A stretch of 64,000 bases of DNA from Treponemataceae bacterium (GTDB taxonomy: Bacteria; Spirochaetota; Spirochaetia; Treponematales; Rectinemataceae). The position numbers and the translations under genes are program-made. Each line of letters begins with the position of its first letter. Within the stretch, counting starts at the first letter, position 1. The stretch is from assembly GCA_963677895.2 (NCBI GenBank), contig CAXXGJ010000002.1:32001-96000 (forward strand), in the 5' to 3' direction. Shown here piece after piece: positions 19,063 through 28,687 of the stretch. Below the pieces are notes generated by a model that searched no databases, was not told the DNA's origin, and was given only the letters and a program-made list of their open reading frames with translations.

Positions 19063-19626
19063 CTAATGGACTTTAGGCGGCGAAGCAAGGTAAAAGTCGA
19101 CGGCGATAAGATTTAGGAAGAGGGAAGTCTCCGCGCTGTCCACGTCGAACATGAGGCCCAGCGAGAACATCCTTTCGCGCCGCCCGTAATAGGGGTTGCC
19201 CAGCGCGAAGGGCGTTATGCGCAAAAATATGGCCCGCGAATATTCCGGTACGCCGGAAGTCAGGTTATGCATGCCATAGAGAATCCCCGCGTCCAGCAGG
19301 GCATTCAGGTAGATGGCCGGTCCGCCCGATTTCCTTATGCGTTCGCCGAAAAGCGATACGCCCGCATGTCCTTCCAGAAAGATATCGTCAAATGGTTCGG
19401 GACTCAGGCGGGGCAGGATCGAAAAACCCGCTTCCGCGTATCGCGTTATGCCGCAGCTGAGGCCGAAGGAAGAAAAAATCCCGGGGCTCCCCGAGGGGAG
19501 CTTTCCTTCGGCGTTTCTGAAGAAGCTCCATCCACCGACGGAAAAGGAGAGATTCTGGGCTCCGGCCGAAATGGCGGCCAGCAGGAGGAGCGAGAAGAGG
19601 GTGAGTGAACGGACCGGGTGTTTCAT
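19063..19626 (-). CDS. Hypothetical exported protein, possible outer-membrane beta-barrel
   Basis: Signal peptide; alternating hydrophobic/aromatic strands; within an operon. Confidence 0.6.
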   Translation of the reverse strand: MKHPVRSLTLFSLLLLAAISAGAQNLSFSVGGWSFFRNAEGKLPSGSPGIFSSFGLSCGITRYAEAGFSILPRLSPEPFDDIFLEGHAGVSLFGERIRKSGGPAIYLNALLDAGILYGMHNLTSGVPEYSRAIFLRITPFALGNPYYGRRERMFSLGLMFDVDSAETSLFLNLIAVDFYLASPPKVH

Positions 19627-19637
19627 CGCTGCCTGCC

Positions 19638-20180
19638 TCAGTATGACATGTAGGAAAATTCGAAAAGTTCGATGCCCCAGCCCTTCATGGCGAATGAAGA
19701 ATCGAAGACGAGGTCGAAGGATCCGACGGAAAAGTACCCATACCCGGCGAAAAGCCGCAGGGGAGAAAGGCTTATCGTGTAGCGGATGTCTCTCAGGTTC
19801 GCGAAGGGAGCGTAGACTGTCGCGCTCGCCATGGGGGCGAGTATCGTTTCGCGCGCGGACATCCAGGCGAAAGGATGTTCCTTTATATGGAAGAGCGTGA
19901 GGTCGACGCCGAGGCCGGCAAGCGATTCGGTGAAGGAAAGGGGATTCACGGGTATGAGATAGTGCATGGTAAAGGCCGAACCCAGCACGGGGATGTCAAT
20001 GATTTTCGCCGAAGCGGAAAAGTCCATGTATTCCGCTTCCGTAAAGAGCGGCGAGGAAAAGCCGCCCATGGAGACCGAATAGTAGAATGAATTCTCGCTT
20101 CCGGCGAAGGAGGGGACGGCCGATCGGGCGAATAACGCGAGGAAGAAGAGAATGAGAGCGCGGCGATGTAGTCTCTTCAT
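19638..20180 (-). CDS. Hypothetical exported protein, possible outer-membrane beta-barrel
   Basis: Signal peptide, aromatic-rich, terminal Tyr; tight spacing with neighbours. Confidence 0.6.
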   Translation of the reverse strand: MKRLHRRALILFFLALFARSAVPSFAGSENSFYYSVSMGGFSSPLFTEAEYMDFSASAKIIDIPVLGSAFTMHYLIPVNPLSFTESLAGLGVDLTLFHIKEHPFAWMSARETILAPMASATVYAPFANLRDIRYTISLSPLRLFAGYGYFSVGSFDLVFDSSFAMKGWGIELFEFSYMSY

Positions 20181-20184
20181 CGTG

Positions 20185-21480
20185 TCAGCCTCCGAACAGC
20201 ATGCCGAGATAGGATGTCAGGTAGGTGAGGCTTCGATACTGTCTCGCTTCTTCCATCAATACGGGTGTCGCGTGTTTCATGATCTCCCGTACATTGAGAA
20301 GCGTCGTCGCTCCCACATCCTTGTCGGCGCTCACCAGCGCGATTTCCCTGGACAGGTATTGGGATCGGTAATTGAAGTTGGGGCTTCCGAAGGCGGCCAG
20401 GTACCCGTCGGCCAGCATGAGTTTGTAATGGAGGAAGGAATTGTCGGGCGCGTCGAACATGTAAACCTTCGCGCCAGCTTCCAGAAGGTCCTGGATGCAG
20501 TATTTCGAGGCCTTGTCGTATGCCGCTCGAAAGGAATTGGCCGAAAGGACGAGGTGGACGTCCACGCCTCGTCTCGTCGCGGTCTTGATTTTGCGTACGA
20601 GCTCGGGCGTCGAAAAGGTATATGCCTGCAGCATCCATATTTCTTTCTCGGCGAAGAGGAAGAAGGCGTCGAAGAGGCTGTCGACCTTGGATGGTTCGCC
20701 GGGAATCTGGTCCACGACCCAGACGGAGCTGTCCGTTTTTTTATCGGGTATACCGAATTTTTCCGGCTCGATGGGGTCGGGCGAGTTGCGGTTCCAGGTT
20801 CGGCAGAAGGAATCGACCATGTAGGCGAGCGGTCCCGGGCCTTCGATTTCCGCGAAGGTATCGATATTGCTGTATTCGCCCGAGGGCGCAAGGGAATAGT
20901 AGTTTAGGTTCATGCCGCCCACCGCCAGGTATTTTCCGTCTATGATCCAGAATTTTCTGTGATCGCGGTCGAGAAGGGCGGGAAGGGAGAAGAGCCTGAG
21001 CCCCGATATCGGATTATATTCGGCCACGCGCACCGGCGTTCCCTTGAAATATTTCAGCGCCGCGGGCAGGTAGGATGCCTGATCGGGCATATAGGTGAAA
21101 TAGGAGGAAGAGTCGAAGATGACGTAGACGAGCACGCCTTCCCTGGATTTTCGGACGAGGGCTTCCATGATGGCCGAGTTCACGGGGTGATTATTGACGA
21201 GGAATGAGTCGATCATGATGTAGTCTTCGGCGCCCTCCACGAGTTCCAGGGCGCGGGCTTTCCATTCGTCGCTGGAGAAGTGGAGTTTTGGAAGCGTGGA
21301 GGGGAATTCCGGAATATCCCGCTCGGCAAAATATCTGTGCAGGCCTTCCTGGAGGCGGTCTTGAGGTTCGCGGGCGGGCGCGCTCACGCAGGAGCCGAGG
21401 GTCAGGATCGAGGCTGTCACTAGGACGAGCGCGATGATAGACATGAACGGGGGCGTTTCGTGCGAACGATTGCGGGACAT
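20185..21480 (-). CDS. Phospholipase D / cardiolipin synthase-like lipoprotein
   Basis: Two HKD motifs (HRKFWIID, HYKLMLAD); lipobox LGSC. Confidence 0.88.
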   Translation of the reverse strand: MSRNRSHETPPFMSIIALVLVTASILTLGSCVSAPAREPQDRLQEGLHRYFAERDIPEFPSTLPKLHFSSDEWKARALELVEGAEDYIMIDSFLVNNHPVNSAIMEALVRKSREGVLVYVIFDSSSYFTYMPDQASYLPAALKYFKGTPVRVAEYNPISGLRLFSLPALLDRDHRKFWIIDGKYLAVGGMNLNYYSLAPSGEYSNIDTFAEIEGPGPLAYMVDSFCRTWNRNSPDPIEPEKFGIPDKKTDSSVWVVDQIPGEPSKVDSLFDAFFLFAEKEIWMLQAYTFSTPELVRKIKTATRRGVDVHLVLSANSFRAAYDKASKYCIQDLLEAGAKVYMFDAPDNSFLHYKLMLADGYLAAFGSPNFNYRSQYLSREIALVSADKDVGATTLLNVREIMKHATPVLMEEARQYRSLTYLTSYLGMLFGG

Positions 21481-21487
21481 GCCTGGC

Positions 21488-22423
21488 TCAGCCTTTGAAG
21501 AATGGCGCGAGCGCGTCGGCTATGCCTGATTTGAAATCCACGCGGGGTTTGTAACCCAAGGCTTCGATGAGGGTCGTGTCCATTCTGCAATCCCTGGGCC
21601 GCGGGGCGCCCAGGGGAGGCGCGGCATCGGGCGCCGCGAAGGACGCGTCCATGCCGAGGGTCTTGGCTATGATCATGAGCATTTCGTATTTCGTATAGGC
21701 TACAGGGCCCGAAAGAAGGTAGATCGGCAGCCCGGACCGATGGCCTGCTGCCCGTCCGTCGGCGGTCGGTCCGTCCGATCGCGACGCGCCCGCGTCGATG
21801 ATTTTTTCAATCGCGGCGGCGACATCATCGACATGAAGGGGGTATCTGCGCGCCCAATTATCGACCATGCAAGCCTGCCCTTTCTTGAGAAGCGAGGCGA
21901 GTTCCGTGACCGAGGATTCGTCGAGTCTTTCGACCGGGCCGTAAAGGATGGGCAACCTGAGTATCGCGGCCTTCGCAGCCGTCATGGCGGCGGCGACGCG
22001 TGTCTCCCCTTCGAGTTTGAGCTTGCCGTATTCGTTGAGAGGATTCACGGGCGAATCGGGAAAATAGGGCGGGTTGGATCCGTCGAACACATAGTCGGTG
22101 GATATATACAGCAAAAAGGCTCCGCTCAGGGCGCAGGCCCGGGCGACCTTCTCCGTGGCGGCTACATTGAGCGCTCTGGCCTGGCCGGGGTTCCTATCGA
22201 CGATGTCGGGACGGCGCTCTGCCGCCGCGTGGATCACGAAATCGGGCTTCGTCGCGGCGAAAAGCGCCGCCACTTCGGCGGAGTCGGTCAGATCGGCCTT
22301 GATCAGGGGCGCTCGGGCTCTTGAAAAGGCGGTTCCGTTGAGTTCAATGTCTCTCCGGCCGCGCAGTCTGGCCGAAATCGCGCGGCCGAGCAGCCCCGAG
22401 GCCCCCGTCAGCAATACTCTCAT
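21488..22423 (-). CDS. RmlD / MAT2B-like extended SDR oxidoreductase
   Basis: TGASGLLG, HAAAERRPD, YISTDYVFDG, YGKLK. Confidence 0.88.
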   Translation of the reverse strand: MRVLLTGASGLLGRAISARLRGRRDIELNGTAFSRARAPLIKADLTDSAEVAALFAATKPDFVIHAAAERRPDIVDRNPGQARALNVAATEKVARACALSGAFLLYISTDYVFDGSNPPYFPDSPVNPLNEYGKLKLEGETRVAAAMTAAKAAILRLPILYGPVERLDESSVTELASLLKKGQACMVDNWARRYPLHVDDVAAAIEKIIDAGASRSDGPTADGRAAGHRSGLPIYLLSGPVAYTKYEMLMIIAKTLGMDASFAAPDAAPPLGAPRPRDCRMDTTLIEALGYKPRVDFKSGIADALAPFFKG

Positions 22424-22614
22424 TGTGGGGAATATACTATCACAGGAAAATGTTGTAGTCTAAGGCCCCGGGAAAGCCTGGCTCACCGGATCGATTTCCG
22501 ATGCGCCGGAGCTCGATACCGGCCCCTCCGGCCGGAAAACTTGAATAAACGCGTAATTTAATATAGCTTATTAGCAATCTTTATATTTTCAAATTTCAGG
22601 ACAAGGAGTCTTAT

Positions 22615-23520
22615 ATGGATACAATGTTCTGGTCAGCTCGCCAGAGCGCCGAATGGAAGACCAAGGTAGGCCTGGCCGAGATGCTGAAAGGCGGCGTCAT
22701 CATGGATGTCACGAACGTCGCTCAGGCGAAGATAGCGGAGGAAGCCGGCGCGGTCGCGGTCATGGCGCTTGAGCGAGTGCCCGCCGATATCCGCGCCCAG
22801 GGCGGCGTCGCGCGCATGTCTGATCCCAAGATGATCAGGGAAATCCAGAAAGCGGTATCCATACCCGTCATGGCCAAATGCAGGATCGGGCATTTCGTCG
22901 AGGCCAGGATCCTCGAAGCCCTCGGCGTCGATTTCATCGATGAGTCCGAAGTGCTCACGCCCGCCGACGACAGATTCCATGTCTACAAACAGGATTTCAA
23001 GGTTCCCTTCGTCTGCGGTTGCCGCGATCTGGGTGAAGCGCTCCGCCGCATCGGCGAAGGCGCCGCCATGATCCGCACCAAGGGCGAGCCCGGCACGGGC
23101 GACGTCGTCGAGGCGGTGAGGCACATGCGCACGGTCCGCGACGGCATCGCGCGCCTCACGAGACTCCCCGCGGAAGAACTGATGACGGCGGCCAAGGAAT
23201 TGGGCGCGCCCTACGAACTGGTCTATGAGATAGCGAAAACGGGCAAGCTGCCGGTGCCGAACTTTTCGGCGGGCGGCATAGCCACCCCGGCCGACGCCGC
23301 GCTCATGATGCAGCTCGGCGCCGAATCCGTCTTCGTCGGCTCGGGCATATTCAAGTCGGGCGATCCCGCCCGCCGAGCCCGCGCCATCGTGGGGGCGGCC
23401 GTCCATTTCCAGGATCCGAAAATGCTCGCCGAACTCTCTGAAGATCTTGGCGAGGCCATGGTCGGCATCGGCATTTCAGATCTCGGCGAAAACCAGAAGA
23501 TGGCCGTGAGAGGCTGGTAA
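22615..23520 (+). CDS. pdxS: Pyridoxal 5'-phosphate synthase lyase subunit
   Basis: [44 protein letters not shown]. Confidence 0.98.
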   Translation: MDTMFWSARQSAEWKTKVGLAEMLKGGVIMDVTNVAQAKIAEEAGAVAVMALERVPADIRAQGGVARMSDPKMIREIQKAVSIPVMAKCRIGHFVEARILEALGVDFIDESEVLTPADDRFHVYKQDFKVPFVCGCRDLGEALRRIGEGAAMIRTKGEPGTGDVVEAVRHMRTVRDGIARLTRLPAEELMTAAKELGAPYELVYEIAKTGKLPVPNFSAGGIATPADAALMMQLGAESVFVGSGIFKSGDPARRARAIVGAAVHFQDPKMLAELSEDLGEAMVGIGISDLGENQKMAVRGW

Positions 23521-23525
23521 CCTGA

Positions 23526-24146
23526 ATGGTCGCTTCCGATACTCAACGCTTGCCTGCCGGCTCAGCCGGCCTCAGGGTCGGCGTTCTCGCCCTCCAGGGC
23601 GACTATGCCGCCCATATCGCCGCGCTTCGCGAAGCCGGTGCCGAGGCTTTCGAGATCCGTTCCGCGGCCGACCTCGAATTGGCCGATTCCGTGGTGATTC
23701 CCGGAGGTGAGAGCACGGTGATGGGCTCCCTTCTGCAGCGTTTTGGCTTCCTGGACGCGTTCAGGCGGCGAATCCTGGCGGGAATGCCCGTATTCGGCAC
23801 CTGCGCCGGTCTGATCCTCCTCTCGAAGGACATCGAGAACAGGAAGCAGCCGGGGCTTGGGCTGCTCGATGTCACGGTCCGCAGGAACGCCTACGGAACC
23901 CAGATAGACAGTTTCCGCGCCCAAGTGAAAACGACGATTCCCGGCGTTCCCGAACTTGAAGGCGTATTCATCAGGGCTCCGAAAATCACGAAGATCGGTC
24001 CCGGGGTGGAGGTTCTCGCCATGCATGAGGGCAGCCCAGTCCTTGTTCGCGAGGGATCCATGCTCGGAGCGACGTTCCATCCCGAGCTTATTCCGGGCGC
24101 TCTCATCCACAAATGGTTCTTGGGTTTCCCCAAAGAACGGAGGTAG
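23526..24146 (+). CDS. pdxT: Pyridoxal 5'-phosphate synthase glutaminase subunit
   Basis: GVLALQG, PGGEST, GTCAGLI, RNAYG.Q..SF, FHPE. Confidence 0.97.
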   Translation: MVASDTQRLPAGSAGLRVGVLALQGDYAAHIAALREAGAEAFEIRSAADLELADSVVIPGGESTVMGSLLQRFGFLDAFRRRILAGMPVFGTCAGLILLSKDIENRKQPGLGLLDVTVRRNAYGTQIDSFRAQVKTTIPGVPELEGVFIRAPKITKIGPGVEVLAMHEGSPVLVREGSMLGATFHPELIPGALIHKWFLGFPKERR

Positions 24147-24150
24147 TTTC

Positions 24151-24858
24151 ATGATTGCCAAGGAAATAAAGAAACCGGCCAGCCAGGACGATATCGCGGC
24201 CCACGTAAAGCGCGTCTTCACTGCCCGCGACAAGCAGATTCTCGCCAACCATTTTGCCATAGCCGACACGATTGCCCAGACCTTCGGCAAGGGCTGCGAG
24301 GTCGTCATTCATTCCCTCGAGGACATTGGCAAGTCCATCGTGAAGATTGTGAACGGGGAGGTTACCGGCCGAATCCTGGGCGCCCCCATCACCGATCTGG
24401 GGCTAAAGGTAGCTAACAACGCCTACGATTCCAAGGAAGATATCGTCGGGCCTTATTTTTCCAAGACCAAGGCGGGGAAACCGCTCAAGTCGACCACGAT
24501 GATCATACGCAACGACGAGGGCGCGCCCATAGGTTTCCTCTGCATCAATTTCGACCTTTCCATGCCGCTCACGCAGTTTTTCGCCGATTTTTCGCCCGCG
24601 CCGGAAGTCCCGCCCTCAGGCGAGAATTTCGCGCCCGACGTCGACGAACTCGTCGCTCAGGCAGTGGCCGACGAGCTGGAAGGTGTCTCCCGCGTCACGG
24701 GCGTTTCTCCCACGGAAAAGAACCGTCGCATCGTCGCCAACCTCGAGCTGCGCAGCATCTTCGACATAAAGGGAGCCGTGGAACTCGTCGCCGGCGAACT
24801 GGGCGTCACCAAGCATACAATTTACAAGTATCTCCGGGAATTGCGCAACGAACAGTGA
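24151..24858 (+). CDS. YheO/DauR-like PAS-HTH transcriptional regulator
   Basis: CEVVIHSL, NGEVTGR..GAPIT, LKSTT, LCINFD, FDIKGAV, TIYKYL; SD GGAGGT before ATG 24151. Confidence 0.9.
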   Translation: MIAKEIKKPASQDDIAAHVKRVFTARDKQILANHFAIADTIAQTFGKGCEVVIHSLEDIGKSIVKIVNGEVTGRILGAPITDLGLKVANNAYDSKEDIVGPYFSKTKAGKPLKSTTMIIRNDEGAPIGFLCINFDLSMPLTQFFADFSPAPEVPPSGENFAPDVDELVAQAVADELEGVSRVTGVSPTEKNRRIVANLELRSIFDIKGAVELVAGELGVTKHTIYKYLRELRNEQ

Positions 24859-24924
24859 GCGGCATGAGTTGAACTCCCGCCTCGGGGACGTCATAATCCT
24901 CCTAGCACGTACTAGGAGGATGTC

Positions 24925-25350
24925 ATGTCCAAGCTTTGTTTCAACGCCAAAATAGCTCCAGCCGCTCTCGGCCCCTACTCGCACGCCGTCGTTTCCGGCG
25001 GTTTCGTGTTCCTTTCCGGCCAGCTCGGGCTCGATCCCGCCACCAACGCTCTCGCGCCGGGCGGCGTGGAAGCCGAAACCCGCCAATCCCTCACTAATAT
25101 TTCCACCATACTCGCCGAACTGGGGCTCTCGCTTTCCAATGTGGTCAAGACGACGGTCTTTCTCAGGGATATGGGCGATTTCGCGCGCATGAACGCCATA
25201 TACGCCGAGTTTTTTCCGAAGGATTTTCCCGCCCGCAGCGCCGTCCAGGCCGCGGCCCTTCCCAAAAACGGCGCGGTGGAGATAGAGGTGATCGTCTCGT
25301 CCGGAACGGCGACGGCCGATGCCGTGGCCGCGCGCCGCGTTTCGGAATGA
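24925..25350 (+). CDS. ridA: RidA family reactive-intermediate deaminase
   Basis: APAALGPYS, SGQLG, VVKTTVFL, PARSAVQ, LPK..VEIE; internal promoter TTGAAC-17-CATAAT at 24869-24897. Confidence 0.92.
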   Translation: MSKLCFNAKIAPAALGPYSHAVVSGGFVFLSGQLGLDPATNALAPGGVEAETRQSLTNISTILAELGLSLSNVVKTTVFLRDMGDFARMNAIYAEFFPKDFPARSAVQAAALPKNGAVEIEVIVSSGTATADAVAARRVSE

Positions 25351-25359
25351 GCCTTGGTT

Positions 25360-26541
25360 ATGAAATACGATTTTGACCGGCTCTACGACAGAGCTTCTTC
25401 CGATTCCCTGAAATGGGCCAATAGAGCCGAGCATTGCGGCTCCGAGGATGCGATACCGCTCTGGGTGGCCGACATGGATTTTGCCTGTCCGCCCGAGGTC
25501 GCCGCCGCGGTGCGGGAGAGGGCCGCCCACCCCATCTATGGCTATCCCATCAGAAGCGATGCCTACTACCAGGCTGTCATCGGCTGGATGAAGCGTCGCA
25601 ATGGCTGGGACATCGCCAAAGAGTGGATCTGCTACTCGCCCGGCGTCGTTCCGGCCCTCAATTTCGCCGTCCAGGGCGTATCCAATCCGGGCGACAAGAT
25701 CATCATCCAGCCGCCGGGATACCACCCCTTCGTGAGCGCGACCCTCTGCAACGGCCGCCAGCTCGTAGAAAACGAGCTCGTATTCGACGGCGGACGTTAT
25801 GTGATGGATTATGAGGCTCTCGAGCGCTCCAGCGACGGACGTACCAAGGCCATCATCCTATGCAGCCCGCACAACCCAGTAGGCAGGGTCTGGGAAAAGG
25901 CAGAGCTGGAAAGGCTCGTCGATATCTGCCATCGCCGCGGCATCGTCATCATTTCGGACGAAATCCATTCCGATCTAATTCTGGGCGATATCCGCCACAC
26001 GCCCATCGCCTCCCTGTCCGAAAAAGCGGCGGCCATCACCATCACGCTCACCGCTCCCAACAAGACCTTCAATATGGCCGGGCTTACGATGGGCAACGCC
26101 ATCATTTCGGACAGAAAGCTTCGCGACACATTCCAGAACGCCGTGGAAGCCTCTGGCATCGGCGTGTCGAATGTATTCGGCAACGTCGCCCTCGAGGCGG
26201 CCTACAACGAGGGCGAAGCCTGGCTCGAGGAACTGCTCGTCTATCTGCGGGGGAATTTCGGCCTTGTTTCGGATTTCATCGCCAAGAAGTTGCCCGAACT
26301 CAGTATATTATCGCTTGAAGGCACCTATCTCGGCTGGATCGATTGCCGGAAGCTCGGCCTTTCCGATGACGAACTCAGGGAATTCTTCACGAAAAAGGCC
26401 AGGATCTGGCTCGACGAGGGGACGAAGTTCGGCTCCGGCGGTTCCGGGTTCATGCGCATAAACCTGGCCTGCCCGAGATCGTATCTGGCGGAAGCGCTCC
26501 TCAGGATGGAAAAAGCCCTCGAGGAACGAAGGAGGGGATGA
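25360..26541 (+). CDS. MalY/PatB family PLP-dependent beta C-S lyase
   Basis: PLWVADMDF, CSPHNPVG, SDEIHSD, APNKTFN, MRINLAC. Confidence 0.93.
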   Translation: MKYDFDRLYDRASSDSLKWANRAEHCGSEDAIPLWVADMDFACPPEVAAAVRERAAHPIYGYPIRSDAYYQAVIGWMKRRNGWDIAKEWICYSPGVVPALNFAVQGVSNPGDKIIIQPPGYHPFVSATLCNGRQLVENELVFDGGRYVMDYEALERSSDGRTKAIILCSPHNPVGRVWEKAELERLVDICHRRGIVIISDEIHSDLILGDIRHTPIASLSEKAAAITITLTAPNKTFNMAGLTMGNAIISDRKLRDTFQNAVEASGIGVSNVFGNVALEAAYNEGEAWLEELLVYLRGNFGLVSDFIAKKLPELSILSLEGTYLGWIDCRKLGLSDDELREFFTKKARIWLDEGTKFGSGGSGFMRINLACPRSYLAEALLRMEKALEERRRG

Positions 26542-26542
26542 C

Positions 26543-27073
26543 ATGGATTTTATTCTCGATGAAGTCGATCAGTTCTGGCGGATCATCACGCTCAAGCCGT
26601 TCAGGAAAACCGAAGGAGTGTCGTTCGATATCCTGCCGATGAAGTATCTTCCGAAGATAGACGGCGTGGACCGGGTCGTGCACAAGCACGGGGCCTTGTC
26701 GCCGGGCTCGGTGGGCGACGTTAAGCGGCCCTGGTATCTTCATCCTCAGCAGGAGGACAATCTCCTCGTGCTCCAGGGCGTCCGCATGGTGGACATATAT
26801 TCCCTGAAATACAGGCGCCTCGAGCATTTTACCGTGGAGCCCGAAAGAGTGTTCCACAACGACAAGCTCGTATATGAAGGACCGGCCATGGTCGTGTGGC
26901 CGACCAACGTATTCCATCGCATAACGTCGGGCGAAAATGGCTCCGTGTCACTCAATTTCGCCGTCAGGCTGCCCGGATTCGATATCGACACAAATTTTTC
27001 CGTCTACGATCTCGATACGAAGACGGGAGAATACAAAGTCATCAGGGAAGGCAAGCTGGATCAGTTCGCCTGA
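26543..27073 (+). CDS. Conserved hypothetical protein, probable cupin fold
   Basis: WYLHPQQEDNL..G and P..VFHR cupin-like motifs; coupled to the upstream stop. Confidence 0.65.
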   Translation: MDFILDEVDQFWRIITLKPFRKTEGVSFDILPMKYLPKIDGVDRVVHKHGALSPGSVGDVKRPWYLHPQQEDNLLVLQGVRMVDIYSLKYRRLEHFTVEPERVFHNDKLVYEGPAMVVWPTNVFHRITSGENGSVSLNFAVRLPGFDIDTNFSVYDLDTKTGEYKVIREGKLDQFA

Positions 27074-27098
27074 CTCGATATCGCGCAACGCGGGTCTT

Positions 27099-28415
27099 TC
27101 ATTCCTCTTCCGCGTTGCGGTTCACTTCGTTGGTTCTGCTCACCATGACCTTGTCTATTCTGTTGCCGTCCATGTCCACTATTTCGATATGAAAGCTCTT
27201 CCATTCGCAGGACTCGCCCACCTTGGGGATCGAGCCCATGCATTCGAGCACGAGGCCGGCCACGGTATCGTAGGCGTTGGCGTCGAATTCCTCCTCGTCC
27301 AGCTCCATGGATTCGGCGAATTCCGCTATGGCGAGGGTGCCGTCCACGAGGAAGGAGCCGTCTTCCCGCTCGACGATACCGGGCACTTCGTCCGAATCGT
27401 TCTGGGCGAGTCCGGCGACGACGGATTCCATGAGATCGCTCATCGTTACGAGGCCGGAAACGCCGCCGTATTCGTCGACGATCAGGCCGGTGTTCGCCGC
27501 GTTGTCTTTCAGTATGGAGAGAGCCCTCAGGGCCGATATCGTCTCCGGTATGAGGACGGGCGGGCTCAGGTGGGCCCTGATGTCGATGCTGCCTTCGCGC
27601 ACGAGGGTTGCGAGGGCTTCCCTGACGTTGAGCATGCCCACGATCCTGTCGAGATCCCCTTCCATGACGGGCAGGCAGGCGAAGTTAGCGTTCGCCACCA
27701 ATTCTTCCTTGGCTCTTTTGTTCCCGTCTTCCAGATCCAAGGCCAGGACGTCGGTGCGCGGCGTCATGAAGGTCGTGACCCGCCTGTCGTCCAGATTGAG
27801 GACGCCCTCCACCATTTCCTTTTCAGAATTCTCGAAAATGCCCGATTCCGCGCCTTCGGCTATAAGGATTTTTACCTCATCCTCGGTGACGTCCGGTCCC
27901 GGCGCGCGCGCGAAGCCGAGGGTCCTGACGATGAGCGATGTCGCGCCCGACAGGAACCTGACGAGGGGGTCGAATATGATGCTGAGGATGGAGATCGGGC
28001 GGATGATGGCCGCGGCGACCTTCTCGGGTCGGGCGAGGGCAAGGCTCTTCGGCACCAGTTCCCCGAGGATGACCGAGAAGAGCGTGGTGAGGATGACGAC
28101 GATGACGACCGAAAGCGGTTCGGCGATGCTGGCGACGGCGGGAAAGCCCGAAAGCCACAGGCTCATGCTGCGCGATATCGTCGCTCCGCCCACGGCGCCG
28201 GTCAGAATGCCGATGAGGGTGATCGCCACCTGTATGGCCGACAGATATCTTCCGGGCTGCTCAGCGGCGTGCAAGGCGAGCAGATAGTTTTTTCGGCCCT
28301 CGTCAGCCTCGTGGCGGAGTCTGGCCTTCCGGGAGGATACGATCGCCATTTCCGAGAGGGAAAAAAAGCCGTTGAGGAGAATTAGGGCCAGAATGAGTAT
28401 GAGTTCAGCGAGCAT
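27099..28415 (-). CDS. Hemolysin family / CNNM (DUF21-CBS-CorC) membrane protein
   Basis: NGFFSLSEMA, GELVPKSLA, MTPRTD, VDEYGG, DTVAG, DGNRIDKV. Confidence 0.93.
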   Translation of the reverse strand: MLAELILILALILLNGFFSLSEMAIVSSRKARLRHEADEGRKNYLLALHAAEQPGRYLSAIQVAITLIGILTGAVGGATISRSMSLWLSGFPAVASIAEPLSVVIVVILTTLFSVILGELVPKSLALARPEKVAAAIIRPISILSIIFDPLVRFLSGATSLIVRTLGFARAPGPDVTEDEVKILIAEGAESGIFENSEKEMVEGVLNLDDRRVTTFMTPRTDVLALDLEDGNKRAKEELVANANFACLPVMEGDLDRIVGMLNVREALATLVREGSIDIRAHLSPPVLIPETISALRALSILKDNAANTGLIVDEYGGVSGLVTMSDLMESVVAGLAQNDSDEVPGIVEREDGSFLVDGTLAIAEFAESMELDEEEFDANAYDTVAGLVLECMGSIPKVGESCEWKSFHIEIVDMDGNRIDKVMVSRTNEVNRNAEEE

Positions 28416-28687
28416 GGTTGGCCTCAAGGCTGTTCTTGGAAGAATATATCCGGCGCCTTTGCGAGACGCCGCTGTGACTGAAGGGGTCGGTTTCCGGAGA
28501 TGGAGGTTCCGCGGTATCGGATGCGTGTTCGTTCATGGATTCAGGATACCAAATAATCGAGGCCTCGTCGAGGCCGGCGTCGATGGCGGCCTCGTTGGCG
28601 GCATCTATAGCCGCGTCGGCATCGTCGTCGCCATCGACATCGCTCCCGACCGTAGTGAAAAATAAAAACTTGTTGTATAGTTCCCGC

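Noticed and set aside
28496..28530. Fluoride-riboswitch-like GGAGATGG
   Set aside because: No matching stem or pseudoknot, and it is on the wrong strand for the CNNM gene.
28561..28645. Imperfect 12-nt-period repeats, and GATCC-rich repeats at 35835-35876, as a CRISPR or att site
   Set aside because: No constant repeat with unique spacers and no cas or integrase genes; low-complexity intergenic DNA.
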